DNA of 64,000 nt, taken from the NCBI GenBank assembly GCA_016191325.1, contig JACPOV010000008.1, forward strand, positions 718,351 to 782,350, given 5' to 3'. How positions within the stretch are numbered: the stretch's first letter is position 1; each line of letters begins with the position of its first letter. The notes beneath the pieces are model-generated. The model did no database searches. It was not told the origin of the DNA and saw nothing but the letters and a program-made list of their open reading frames with translations. Below, one piece after another: positions 53,932 through 63,119 of this stretch. The translations under genes were made by a program, and so were the position numbers. The DNA is from Candidatus Babelota bacterium (GTDB lineage: Bacteria; Babelota; Babeliae; Babelales; JACPOV01).

Positions 53932-54587
53932 GCCATCGATCCTTTTAAACCAATTGCAAAACCTTTAATCTTGATTAATTTTCCACCGAGCCAATTTACT
54001 AAATGATACATAAGCACCATGCCAGAAGCGTAAATTAATCGTTCAATGATAACAACCGGCATCAAAGCTGCAAACATCGGCACGGTCATTGGTAGGCAGT
54101 AAATCCATAAAACAGAACCAACTGCGTGCGCAGTAAAAGTACTCCCGAGAGCCGTCAGGAAAAGAGACCGAACCGGAAGCAACTGAATAATCATTGGAAT
54201 AAACCAATACAAGCTATACCACCATGCTTGAGCTCCAACCGAATGCGCAAGAAAAAGTGCTATACAAATAAGTGGAATAAGAATTTTAATTGCCCTGTTT
54301 TCTACCGTCCAATAAGCGGATGCACAAATGGTTGGAATCTGGTATGCTAGTGGTGTGAAGATAGTACCAGTAATTAACAAGCCTCTCAGCAATCCCCTTA
54401 TTACTAATCCGCCGATCGCCAACGGCAATCCGCACCAGATACCAATTAAAGGTAGCATCGAATTACTCAACGAAAAAAACCCATATTGGGAACCCAAAAT
54501 AGCGTTTACTTTAAAAAGGCTGACTATTTGAAGTAAAATAAAACTAAGAGCGAGCCCGAAAAGCGCTTTTGATGAAGGGCGAACCAT
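53928..54587 (-). CDS. polytopic membrane protein (about 6 TM), function unknown
   Basis: 219-aa hydrophobic ORF, translationally coupled to uppS. Family not recognised. Confidence 0.55.
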   Translation of the reverse strand: MVRPSSKALFGLALSFILLQIVSLFKVNAILGSQYGFFSLSNSMLPLIGIWCGLPLAIGGLVIRGLLRGLLITGTIFTPLAYQIPTICASAYWTVENRAIKILIPLICIALFLAHSVGAQAWWYSLYWFIPMIIQLLPVRSLFLTALGSTFTAHAVGSVLWIYCLPMTVPMFAALMPVVIIERLIYASGMVLMYHLVNWLGGKLIKIKGFAIGLKGSMA

Positions 54588-54684
54588 TAACTACCCCTGA
54601 GGTAAAATAAACAATGAAACATTTAAAACACATAAACGTAGTATATACACAAGACTGCTACGGGACAACACCGAAAGGGAACTC

Positions 54685-55362
54685 ATGATAAATCGGTATA
54701 AAGCCGTCATCTTTGATTTAGATGGCACAATCGTTGATACCGAACATATTTGGAAACGAGCAACTAAGGAATTGCTCAACCATCGCGGCATAGCGGTTTC
54801 GTCAGAAATCGAGCTTTTGTTGCAAGAAAAATTGAACGGCTTGGCACTCAATCAAAGCTGTACTTTTTTGAAGAATCATTTTGATTTACCAGATGCACTC
54901 GCAGTACTTATAGAAGAAAAAGCGCTACGCGCCAATCAACTGTATGTGCACGAAGTTCGGTTCGTTCAAGGTTTTTTAAGTTTTCACGGCGACGTGATTA
55001 AGCATAACTTAAAGACCGGCGTTGCGACTAACGCACACGATGAAACTGTAGCGATCACCGATCGAGCACTTGGCCTTTCCAAACTTTTTGGTGAGCATAT
55101 TTATCCAATATCGCGCGTAAGCAATAAAGGAAAACCCGATCCTGCGATCTACCTGCATGCGGCGGAAAAGCTCGGCATGAACCCGGAAGACTGCATCGCT
55201 ATTGAGGATTCGGCGCATGGACTTGCTGCAGCAAAAACCGCTGGCATGTTCTGCATTGGTATTAATACCGCAAAACGCAGATCCCAACTTGAGCAAGCTC
55301 ATCAGATCATTGAAGGATATGAGGAAATTAGCTTACCTCATCTATTGAGCCGCACTTCGTAA
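54685..55362 (+). CDS. HAD-superfamily hydrolase (beta-phosphoglucomutase/phosphatase-like)
   Basis: AVIFDLDGTIVDTE (motif I), GVATNA (motif II), GKPDPAIY ... IAIEDSAHGLAAAKTAGM (motifs III/IV). Confidence 0.85.
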   Translation: MINRYKAVIFDLDGTIVDTEHIWKRATKELLNHRGIAVSSEIELLLQEKLNGLALNQSCTFLKNHFDLPDALAVLIEEKALRANQLYVHEVRFVQGFLSFHGDVIKHNLKTGVATNAHDETVAITDRALGLSKLFGEHIYPISRVSNKGKPDPAIYLHAAEKLGMNPEDCIAIEDSAHGLAAAKTAGMFCIGINTAKRRSQLEQAHQIIEGYEEISLPHLLSRTS

Positions 55363-55392
55363 GCGAGGCTAACTTTTTGAGGCACATTATCT

Positions 55393-55440
55393 GTAATCAT
55401 CAGCACATCGGCTCATTTGAAACCGTGTACTGCTGATTAC
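55393..55440. other. intergenic stem-loop between convergent genes
   Basis: GTAATCATCAGCACA (55393-55407) pairs with TGTACTGCTGATTAC (55426-55440) at 13/15, with an 18-nt loop. Confidence 0.4.
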
Positions 55441-55487
55441 ACGCCTGGTTACACCAAGTTACAACCGGCCTCCAATTAGGAATTTCT

Positions 55488-56198
55488 TTATTTTTCACGA
55501 ATTCTCTTCTTTTTTTTCAGCAAATCTGTGTTCTCATGACTCGCATGCTGTAGAAACTTAAGCGCCTCGTCCAGATCATCGGTCATTCTAATAAAATTAA
55601 GCTCTTCTTGCGTAATCAATTTTTCTTTTAAACTATAGTCTTTAAGCCAAGCCACAAACGGTTTCCAGTATTCGGTACCAATCAAAACAATCGGAGCAAC
55701 TGATAAATTTTTTGTTTCCATTAAGGTTAATATTTCAGTTAATTCTTCCATCGTCCCAAATCCGCCCGGAAAAACGGCAAATGCAACCGAGTAATTAATT
55801 AGTAAATATTTACGCGCAAAAAAATAATCAGTGGTAATATAATCATCCATTAAACATGCATTCCCTGGCTCAGCATCCGATAATCCTCGTACTAGCACTC
55901 CAAGCGTTCTCGCCTTTGAAGTTTCGGCTCGAACTCCGCAAGTTGCTGCCTGCATAATACCAGGGCCGCCTCCTGTAATAACCGATAATTCATGTTCGAT
56001 TAATTTATGTGCTAAAAGATGCGCTTGGCGCGCATAAATGGTATCTTGCGCAAGGCGAGATCCCCCAAAAACTGTGACTATTGGTTGTGGTAACTTTGAT
56101 ATTTTCCAAACTCCGTAAATAACTTGAATCGTTGTTCGAAGCGATCCTCTCAGCAAGAGGCCATAGGTATACAAAAATCGTTTAAGCCCATCCAGCAT
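55488..56198 (-). CDS. LOG-family (TIGR00730-type) nucleotide phosphoribohydrolase-like protein
   Basis: VTVFGGSRL, ITGGGPGIMQAA, PGGFGTMEELTEILT motifs. Confidence 0.8.
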   Translation of the reverse strand: MLDGLKRFLYTYGLLLRGSLRTTIQVIYGVWKISKLPQPIVTVFGGSRLAQDTIYARQAHLLAHKLIEHELSVITGGGPGIMQAATCGVRAETSKARTLGVLVRGLSDAEPGNACLMDDYITTDYFFARKYLLINYSVAFAVFPGGFGTMEELTEILTLMETKNLSVAPIVLIGTEYWKPFVAWLKDYSLKEKLITQEELNFIRMTDDLDEALKFLQHASHENTDLLKKKKRIREK

Positions 56199-56269
56199 GG
56201 ATCCTCCTGTTTTTAAGTACTACGAGGCGTTGCCTTTTTGCAACGCCTCGTTCGTTTATGCAAATTTAA

Positions 56270-57427
56270 TTAAAGCACATCGATCATGAAGAGCGATTCA
56301 AACGAAGCGAATCTATTTAGAGCCGCTTTTTTCGTCATCCATTCTGGAACAACGCGTTGCGCGTATTCCATAAAGAAACGTAGCCCAACTCGATATTCCG
56401 TACTTCCATCTGGATACGAATATTTTTCAGGAAATGCGATCCCTATTCCAAATAAGCGAGGCGCTATGATTCCGGAGACATCATCATAGATGAGTTCTGT
56501 TTTACCATTGATTGGGGGTAATTGATTCGGCTCATAACCAACAGCGTAAATAATTTTATTGCATATCGGCAACCAAGCTTCCAGAGATTCCGGCGTATTA
56601 AAAATTCTGACTAAATTTGCAGGTGGATTCTTTTCGAGCACATTTTTTGCCCACTCTGCAGTTGTACCTTTCAATCCCGCTTGTTGGTGCTGCGCCCACG
56701 TACCATGATCAATAACATAGACGAGCGGATTCTTATAAAAATTCACAATTCTGCCAACCGGCAACTCAGAAAGAAATTTTAAAATGAGCATTGCAGAATG
56801 AGCACTTCCTACTACCGCAATCGTATCGGTACTTCGTACATGCTGCGCCAAAAAAGATTTATTAAGTGCAAGATCTAAAGGAATTTTATGCGCAACTGGA
56901 TAATCAAATTCCTTCGGATGCGAACCGGTAGCAAGCACTACATAATGCGAGTCAAAATGATTATTTTCTGTCGCTACATGCCATGTTTCATTATCAAAAT
57001 GAAGCGATTTAATTTTGTCATGAATTGCATGAACTTTTGTTTTTAAACATTCGGTAATTTTTCTGAGAGGATCGATAATCACATGCAGCGGATATGCGGC
57101 CGTCAGCTCAAGCTTTTTCAATTCATCAAGTGCTTCTGGCGCGCACTGCTGAAATGTATTGCATGCGCTCAAATAATCGATGTACATTTTTGTGGTCGCG
57201 TTTCCAGGCACCGTGTAATAATACTGGCCGAGCCGACCAACATCAAATTCAGGATCGATCCAAGCAATTTTATCAGGATCAACTCCCAGATCCATAAGCA
57301 ACCCCAGCACTGCTAGGCCCGCTGGCCCTGCACCAACAATAGTCCACAGAGGTTGAAAATCTCCATAAGATAAAGTGGTTATAAAAAAAAACGAATTTAA
57401 CAGCGCGATTTTTATCAGCTTCTTCAT
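56270..57427 (-). CDS. FAD/NAD(P)-binding oxidoreductase with N-terminal signal/anchor
   Basis: Hydrophobic N-terminus MKKLIKIALLNSFFFITTLSYG lies directly before WTIVGAGPAGLAVLG (GxGxxG). A second dinucleotide motif is IAVVGSAHSA. Confidence 0.7.
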   Translation of the reverse strand: MKKLIKIALLNSFFFITTLSYGDFQPLWTIVGAGPAGLAVLGLLMDLGVDPDKIAWIDPEFDVGRLGQYYYTVPGNATTKMYIDYLSACNTFQQCAPEALDELKKLELTAAYPLHVIIDPLRKITECLKTKVHAIHDKIKSLHFDNETWHVATENNHFDSHYVVLATGSHPKEFDYPVAHKIPLDLALNKSFLAQHVRSTDTIAVVGSAHSAMLILKFLSELPVGRIVNFYKNPLVYVIDHGTWAQHQQAGLKGTTAEWAKNVLEKNPPANLVRIFNTPESLEAWLPICNKIIYAVGYEPNQLPPINGKTELIYDDVSGIIAPRLFGIGIAFPEKYSYPDGSTEYRVGLRFFMEYAQRVVPEWMTKKAALNRFASFESLFMIDVL

Positions 57428-57560
57428 CGCCTTCTCCTTTTAATTGTAATCGATTTCACTGTACCTCAGAGCCTACTCAAAATACAAGATGCGCAGCGCA
57501 TCCAAGTGATTGACGAATGAAGCGTTCTTGAATTATGGTAAACAAAAAAGGAGTAGATCA

Positions 57561-57959
57561 ATGCCTAAACTTACGGAACAATCCAAAGAAATCTTAAATA
57601 ATACAATTGTTGAGTGTGAAAATTGTATCACAGCTTGCCAAGATCTCGTGGATATGTGCAGCACGAGTAACGGACCAGAATGCGCTGAGGCAGTTGGAAA
57701 AGCTGTTAAACAATGGTCGATTACTATTGAAACGTGCAATCAAACAATCGCATGGTGCAAACAAGAACTCAAAGATGGCTCGTTTGCTGGCCGCTCGCTT
57801 TATGATAATTGCATGCAGCTTTGCCACGAAGTAGTTGATAGTTGTAAAAAATGCATTGAAGAATGCCGCACTGGCAATGAAGGCTGCATGAATGCAACTC
57901 TTGATTGCATAGCAAAATGCGACGAAGCTGCAGAATGTTGCGATGAAATAATTGAATAA
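57561..57959 (+). CDS. Cys-rich four-helix-bundle protein (DUF326 / Csp3-like copper storage type)
   Basis: Start moved to the ATG at 57561 (AAGGAG SD). Repeated CxxC/CxxxC spacing along predicted helices (CENCITACQDLVDMC, CNQTIAWC, CMQLCHEVVDSCKKCIEEC, CMNATLDCIAKCDEAAECC). No signal peptide. Confidence 0.6.
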   Translation: MPKLTEQSKEILNNTIVECENCITACQDLVDMCSTSNGPECAEAVGKAVKQWSITIETCNQTIAWCKQELKDGSFAGRSLYDNCMQLCHEVVDSCKKCIEECRTGNEGCMNATLDCIAKCDEAAECCDEIIE

Positions 57960-57964
57960 TTAAT

Positions 57965-58816
57965 ATGAGGTCGGCTGGTAAACTAGTTATCAAAAGATTC
58001 TTTGTGGCACTTTTTTTTGCCGCAACCGTTCATTGGCACTCCAATTGCGCAAGTGGCGGATCTATTAGGGAAGATATACTTCCTGATATAGGTAAAACCA
58101 TTCCGCGCCAAGCAGGAGTCACCGATGTGCGAGAAACAATATTTTATTACCGAGCAAAAGAAGATCTTTTAGCATTTCTTGATACAACAGTTTCCTACGG
58201 GTTTACAGACAGAATTGGAATTCGATTTAATCTGCCAATTATTTTCCTTTACCAAAAGCTAGGACGTCAATCGAGCGGCAGCGGTGATTTGCGCGTAGAG
58301 CTTTCCGCAAACATTTTTATGGAAAAAACCTATTTAGTAAACGTGATGGCTGGCTTTTCGGCTCCTCTTGGAAATGTAAAAAAAATTCCCAACCTCGGCA
58401 CGGGAGCATACGGATTCACCGGACAATTTACCCTGGTTCATAGTTCTCATGATTGGTACATGGGCCAGCGGCTTGCATGGCATGCTACGACGACCACCAA
58501 ACGTGGATTTAAAAACGGAAATGAAGTAAATCTTGAGCTTGGATTTGGTAGACGCATGCATTTTGATGAAGAATCATTGTAATCTTTTTACTATATTATG
58601 CAGTTTGTTACACTTATAAATGAGCAGGATATTTTGTTTAAAAAGAAACTAAAAAATACGGGCCAGGCAGTTATTTTTTTTGGACCGCTCTTGAGTTGGA
58701 CGCGAGCAAATTTCTTAATGGAAGGAAGCTTTCAAGTGCCTATTGCACAGAATAGGTACGGCTTGCAACCGCTATTTGATTTTCGAGCTGCCTTTACTTG
58801 TGAATTTAAATTCTAA
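57965..58816 (+). pseudogene. outer-membrane beta-barrel protein (MetA-pathway/transporter-like OMP) interrupted by one in-frame TAA
   Basis: Track ORFs 57965..58582 and 58598..58816 are in the same frame, separated only by TAA at 58580-58582 (…FDEESL*SFYYIMQFVTL…). The combined 284 codons read as one barrel ending FTCEFKF. Confidence 0.7.
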
Positions 58817-58830
58817 ATCTTGAAAAGAAT

Positions 58831-59511
58831 ATGATCATTTCAAAACAAAAAAAAATCACTCTTTTTCTTATTCTCTTTTTGATGAGCTTTGCAATCTACT
58901 ACGCACAACATTCATCATATTTAAGCTTTGCATGCTTTAATGAAGGTAAAGAAGAACTGCTTATTCAAGTGCAAAATAGCCAAACCAAAGCAAGCCTCAT
59001 CTATATCTTGCTTTATATTATTGTTGCGATGCTCACCCCGAGCGCTGCCATGTTTGCTCTTGCTGGCGGTTTTTTATTTGGAGTCCTAAAAGCGACATCC
59101 TTTATTATTATCAGTGCAACAATAAGTGGGTCGATCGCCTTTGTTGCAACACGCTATTTATTGGGGCGTCAGATGCAAAACAGCTATTCTGTTCAACTAA
59201 AAAAATTTAACGATGAACTAAAGAAATACGGGAGTTATTATCTTCTGATGGTGCGCATTATACCTATTTTTCCATTTTTTTTGATTAATATCATTGCTGG
59301 GCTTACGAAGATTCCCTTCAGCACTTTTGTGTGGACTACTGCCATTGGCATTATTCCGGGAACCGTTATTTACACTTTTGCAGGCCGCCAATTATGCACT
59401 ATCAATTCACCCCGAGATATTTTATCCCCGCATCTTTTTGCAGCGCTGCTTTGCCTGGGTCTACTCACCCTGATTCCAGTTCTGCTCAAAAAGCGAAAAA
59501 ATTTGCAGTAG
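58831..59511 (+). CDS. TVP38/TMEM64 (DedA superfamily) membrane protein
   Basis: LLMVRIIPIFPFFLINIIAGLTKIPFSTFVWTTAIGIIPGTVIYTFAG is the family core motif. Confidence 0.8.
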   Translation: MIISKQKKITLFLILFLMSFAIYYAQHSSYLSFACFNEGKEELLIQVQNSQTKASLIYILLYIIVAMLTPSAAMFALAGGFLFGVLKATSFIIISATISGSIAFVATRYLLGRQMQNSYSVQLKKFNDELKKYGSYYLLMVRIIPIFPFFLINIIAGLTKIPFSTFVWTTAIGIIPGTVIYTFAGRQLCTINSPRDILSPHLFAALLCLGLLTLIPVLLKKRKNLQ

Positions 59512-59512
59512 G

Positions 59513-60304
59513 TTAATTCGTTTTATCTTTGGTTGTATCTTTATTACTTGGGTAAACCTCCGTGCTACTTCCATATTCACTGTTGCTGCTTGACTCAATT
59601 TCCCCAAGATGTGGCGTATCTGGATTGCTTCGGGTAAAATTAAAATCTTCTAATTTATATACGATTTCTCTGTTTTCAAGGGCAATTCTTTTTTGCTGTA
59701 TGCAATAGTTCTCATGCGAAAGTGCTTTATTAATACGATTTAATCCGGACGTACAAAGAGAAAGCGATGCAAAGCCCAAACCTGCAAAGCAAAATCCCAT
59801 TTTTGCCGCATCCATGGGTTTTAATTCGCGAGCGATCAAGCTTTGCCCAAAATTTTTAATATCATAAAATAAAACCGCTCCAATGCCTAATGCGCCAAGA
59901 AATTGAATGCTACCTTTCAAAAAACGCCATCTCACATAGCGACCTTTTTGTTTTAATTCATAATCCATTTTTGCATTAATTTGCTCTTCTTTATTTGGAG
60001 TCTCTTTCTTTAGAAGCTCCATCAATCCTTCATGATTCGCGTAAGCAGTTTTTATAACATGCGCGTCTTTAATTTTCAGAAGCTCATCGACTGTAGATTT
60101 TCTTAAAGAATTCTCATCGACACGCATGAGTTGCGCAAGTGGCTTTACAATGGATCGATTCTTTGCAAGATCCGTTACGATTTTTAAAGATTCGATTGTA
60201 GCATTGAAAGGCTTTTTGGCCTTTGTTGGCAGGACGGGCTGTTCCATTGCATAAGCATTAAGATAAGCTGTGGCCGAAAAAAAAATCGCTAAAAAAAAAC
60301 GCAT
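59513..60304 (-). CDS. secreted membrane protein, tandem paralog A, hypothetical
   Basis: Start moved to the ATG at 60304 (GGAGGT SD). Signal peptide MRFFLAIFFSATAYLNAYA. KGRYVRWRFLKGSIQFLGALGIGAVLFYDIKNF matches the next gene. S/T/N-rich tail. Confidence 0.6.
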   Translation of the reverse strand: MRFFLAIFFSATAYLNAYAMEQPVLPTKAKKPFNATIESLKIVTDLAKNRSIVKPLAQLMRVDENSLRKSTVDELLKIKDAHVIKTAYANHEGLMELLKKETPNKEEQINAKMDYELKQKGRYVRWRFLKGSIQFLGALGIGAVLFYDIKNFGQSLIARELKPMDAAKMGFCFAGLGFASLSLCTSGLNRINKALSHENYCIQQKRIALENREIVYKLEDFNFTRSNPDTPHLGEIESSSNSEYGSSTEVYPSNKDTTKDKTN

Positions 60305-60357
60305 GATTACCTCCAAAAGAGTAATGGGCCATCCCCAAAAGAATGGCCCATAATTCG

Positions 60358-61224
60358 TTATTGGTTGCTACTTGGCTTATCTTTTTCTTCTTTGCCCTTA
60401 TTTGTAGTTAGCCTAACTCGTTTTTTTGCCTTAGGCGTTTTTTCATTCTCTGGCAATTCAGATCGAACAAGCTTTCTATAATCGATCAGTGTTTTTAAAC
60501 AAACTAAATTATCGTCAGTATTATTTTTTGCTTGAGCAAGTTCTTCCTCTAGGTTTATACCTTTGTAGAGATTAGAAAACCCATTTTTCAATCCCCAAAT
60601 AGAGCCACCTATAAGTGTCGCATACGCCGCTGTCTTGATTGCTCCGTTATGCGCTGTTTGTTGAGTAAATAATGCTTCGCGACTTATTAATCCACCGTTT
60701 ATACAATTTTTAATATCATAAGCAAGAAATGCTAAGAAGCCCAACCCAAATGCTGCTTGCGCAAAACCCTTCGCGATATACTTACCTTTTACTGCATACG
60801 GCTTTTCATTAAGTTCTCTTATTTCTTGATCTAATGCCACTTGCAAGTCAACCGCACAATCGGCAATTCGGATCAAACTATTTTTATGCGGCCTCACATC
60901 TCTATAAAGCTTTTTTCGGTCAAGTTCAGCATTATCAGTTTGATCTCTGAGTACAAAGGTATCACTTCCAAATTCTGGCCATTGAGCAATACGAAATAAT
61001 TCTGTTAGTCCAGGACGGATCGGCATCCTTGACGTAACAACGCAGTCAAATTGTTTTAAAAGCTGGCATTTTGTTGGCATCGGTTCCGCTTCAAGCTTTG
61101 GTTCAGGTGCAGGAACTTGTGGGCCTTGCGTTGGGTTTTCGGATGGTTGTGGGTTCTCCATCCCAAAAACATTCATCGAGGTGAGGATCGCACATAGTAC
61201 AATTATAGAAAAAAACTTTCTCAT
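60358..61224 (-). CDS. secreted membrane protein, tandem paralog B, hypothetical
   Basis: AAGGAG SD. Signal peptide MRKFFSIIVLCAILTSMNVFG. KGKYIAKGFAQAAFGLGFLAFLAYDIKNC. Lys-rich tail. Confidence 0.6.
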   Translation of the reverse strand: MRKFFSIIVLCAILTSMNVFGMENPQPSENPTQGPQVPAPEPKLEAEPMPTKCQLLKQFDCVVTSRMPIRPGLTELFRIAQWPEFGSDTFVLRDQTDNAELDRKKLYRDVRPHKNSLIRIADCAVDLQVALDQEIRELNEKPYAVKGKYIAKGFAQAAFGLGFLAFLAYDIKNCINGGLISREALFTQQTAHNGAIKTAAYATLIGGSIWGLKNGFSNLYKGINLEEELAQAKNNTDDNLVCLKTLIDYRKLVRSELPENEKTPKAKKRVRLTTNKGKEEKDKPSSNQ

Positions 61225-61293
61225 ATTAACTCCTTTTGTTTTTTCCCAATCTACTCAAGCAGCTCGTAACGATTCAAGAAATTGCTGTAAAGT

Positions 61294-61809
61294 TTATCGG
61301 TAGAAGTAAAGGAGCATACAAAGCGCCATGATCGCCATTGAAATATTTTCTATGAGCGTAACGTAGGTCATCGGTAATTTAAAAACTGCGCCAAGGCATG
61401 CACAAACTATTTCTTTATTCTGCGCAAGTTCGTAAGCAACACCGATACTTCCCACTATCATGAAAAAAAGAGTTGCCAAATTGGTAGCGATCGGAAAAAG
61501 ACCATTAAGATAGGCGATTCCTAAACATAATTCTATAAATGGATACGCATACGCATACATGGTCGATCGTTTTGCAATAAGATCGTACATAGAGAATGCC
61601 TCAACAAAACCGTGCAAATTGTAGATTTTAAAAAGACTAAAAACAATAAAGAAACTCCCCATAAAATCATTCATCGCTGCAATAGCATCCCACCCATAGA
61701 TAAAGCGACGCATAATTGTAAAAAACATAATAATACTCAGAATTAGTATTAAAGGCGTAAACGTTTTTATGGTGCTCAAAGAACGCGCGTCCGAATTATT
61801 AAGATTCAT
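61294..61809 (-). CDS. MauE/DoxX-like membrane protein
   Basis: 171 aa with 4-5 TM. FFIVFSLFKIYNLHGFVEAFSMYDLIAKRS...YAYPFIELCLGIAYL resembles the MauE/DoxX layout. Confidence 0.55.
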   Translation of the reverse strand: MNLNNSDARSLSTIKTFTPLILILSIIMFFTIMRRFIYGWDAIAAMNDFMGSFFIVFSLFKIYNLHGFVEAFSMYDLIAKRSTMYAYAYPFIELCLGIAYLNGLFPIATNLATLFFMIVGSIGVAYELAQNKEIVCACLGAVFKLPMTYVTLIENISMAIMALCMLLYFYR

Positions 61810-61955
61810 TCAGTTTTTCCTTTTTCTTTTTTTATTCAATAAAGTCAACGTAATAGGTTCAATGATGGAAATAAATAATTTTGATATGTATTTTGTTTAC
61901 TCATAATCATCGTTCTGCAAATAACGAATAATAATTTCTTACCGTAAAGATTGAT

Positions 61956-63119
61956 ATGAATTATATCGCGCACTTGTTTCTTTTTATTTTCATGTTCTCA
62001 ATGAATGCATATTCATCTCATCATGAAACCTACATCCCATTGCGTAAGATGAAACAGCATATGTTTGAAGCGAACCATCGAATGCATGGCATGTACGGTT
62101 ACTATCCGATGGAGCGAGATATTTCAGGAACCGATTGGCAACCAGAGTCCATTCCGCTTGACGGGTTACAATTCGAAGCGCATAAATGGCTTTTTATGAC
62201 CCATGATTTTTTAAACGCAGCCTATACACACCAAACAGGGCCGCGAGGGGGCAGCCAATTATTTAGTACCAGCATGTTCATGGCAACTGCACAGCGCGAT
62301 TTTGGAAATCGATATACGTTTGCGCTGCGCGCTATGTTTTCTTTAGATCCGCTCATGGGCCCTAAAGGCTACCGCCTATTACTGCAAACGGGAGAACCGG
62401 GAAACGGAGAAACGCCGCTCATAGATCGCCAACATCCGCACGATTTATTTGATGAGCTTGCAATCGTCAATACGTTTGAAATTAATCAAAAGCATTCGGT
62501 TTTTTTCTATTTTGGATTGCCGGGACAACCAGCCCTAGGTCCGCCGATTTATCTAATGCGTTATAGCGGAACCTATAATCCTGAAGCACCAATCTCGCAT
62601 CATTGGCTCGATTCGACGCATGTTCAATTTGGTGTTTTTACCGCTGGCTATATTTGGCAAAATCTTAAAATAGATACCTCAATCTTTACCGGTCGCGAAC
62701 CGGATCAACACCGTTATGATATTGAGCGTCCTCGTTTTGATTCTTATTCGGTACGAGCCACCTATAATGCAACGCCAAATATTTCGTCGCAGATAAGTAC
62801 AGGTTTTTTAAAATCTCCTGAACAGCTTGAACCGACAATTAACATCACCAGAACAACTGCGTCTCTTTCTTACAACATCGTCTGGCGGTCGATAAAATGG
62901 CAATGGACCGGCTGTTGGGGAAGAAATCAGAAACATCCTGGGTCTGCTAGCAATGCTTTTTTGCGTGAAACGACGCTTAACGGTGCAGAAAAACATATTA
63001 TATTTGGTCGTTATGAACATGTAGAAAAAGATGACCTATTTCCTCAACCATTCGCTCAAGAAAAATTTCAAGTCGGCAAATTAACGATCGGCTATATTTA
63101 CCAAATAACCGATTGGTAG
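61956..63119 (+). CDS. putative outer-membrane beta-barrel protein with His/Met-rich N-terminal segment
   Basis: Signal-like N-terminus, then SSHHETYIPLRKMKQHMFEANHRMHGMYGYYPM, then amphipathic strand-like sequence ending IGYIYQITDW. Confidence 0.55.
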   Translation: MNYIAHLFLFIFMFSMNAYSSHHETYIPLRKMKQHMFEANHRMHGMYGYYPMERDISGTDWQPESIPLDGLQFEAHKWLFMTHDFLNAAYTHQTGPRGGSQLFSTSMFMATAQRDFGNRYTFALRAMFSLDPLMGPKGYRLLLQTGEPGNGETPLIDRQHPHDLFDELAIVNTFEINQKHSVFFYFGLPGQPALGPPIYLMRYSGTYNPEAPISHHWLDSTHVQFGVFTAGYIWQNLKIDTSIFTGREPDQHRYDIERPRFDSYSVRATYNATPNISSQISTGFLKSPEQLEPTINITRTTASLSYNIVWRSIKWQWTGCWGRNQKHPGSASNAFLRETTLNGAEKHIIFGRYEHVEKDDLFPQPFAQEKFQVGKLTIGYIYQITDW

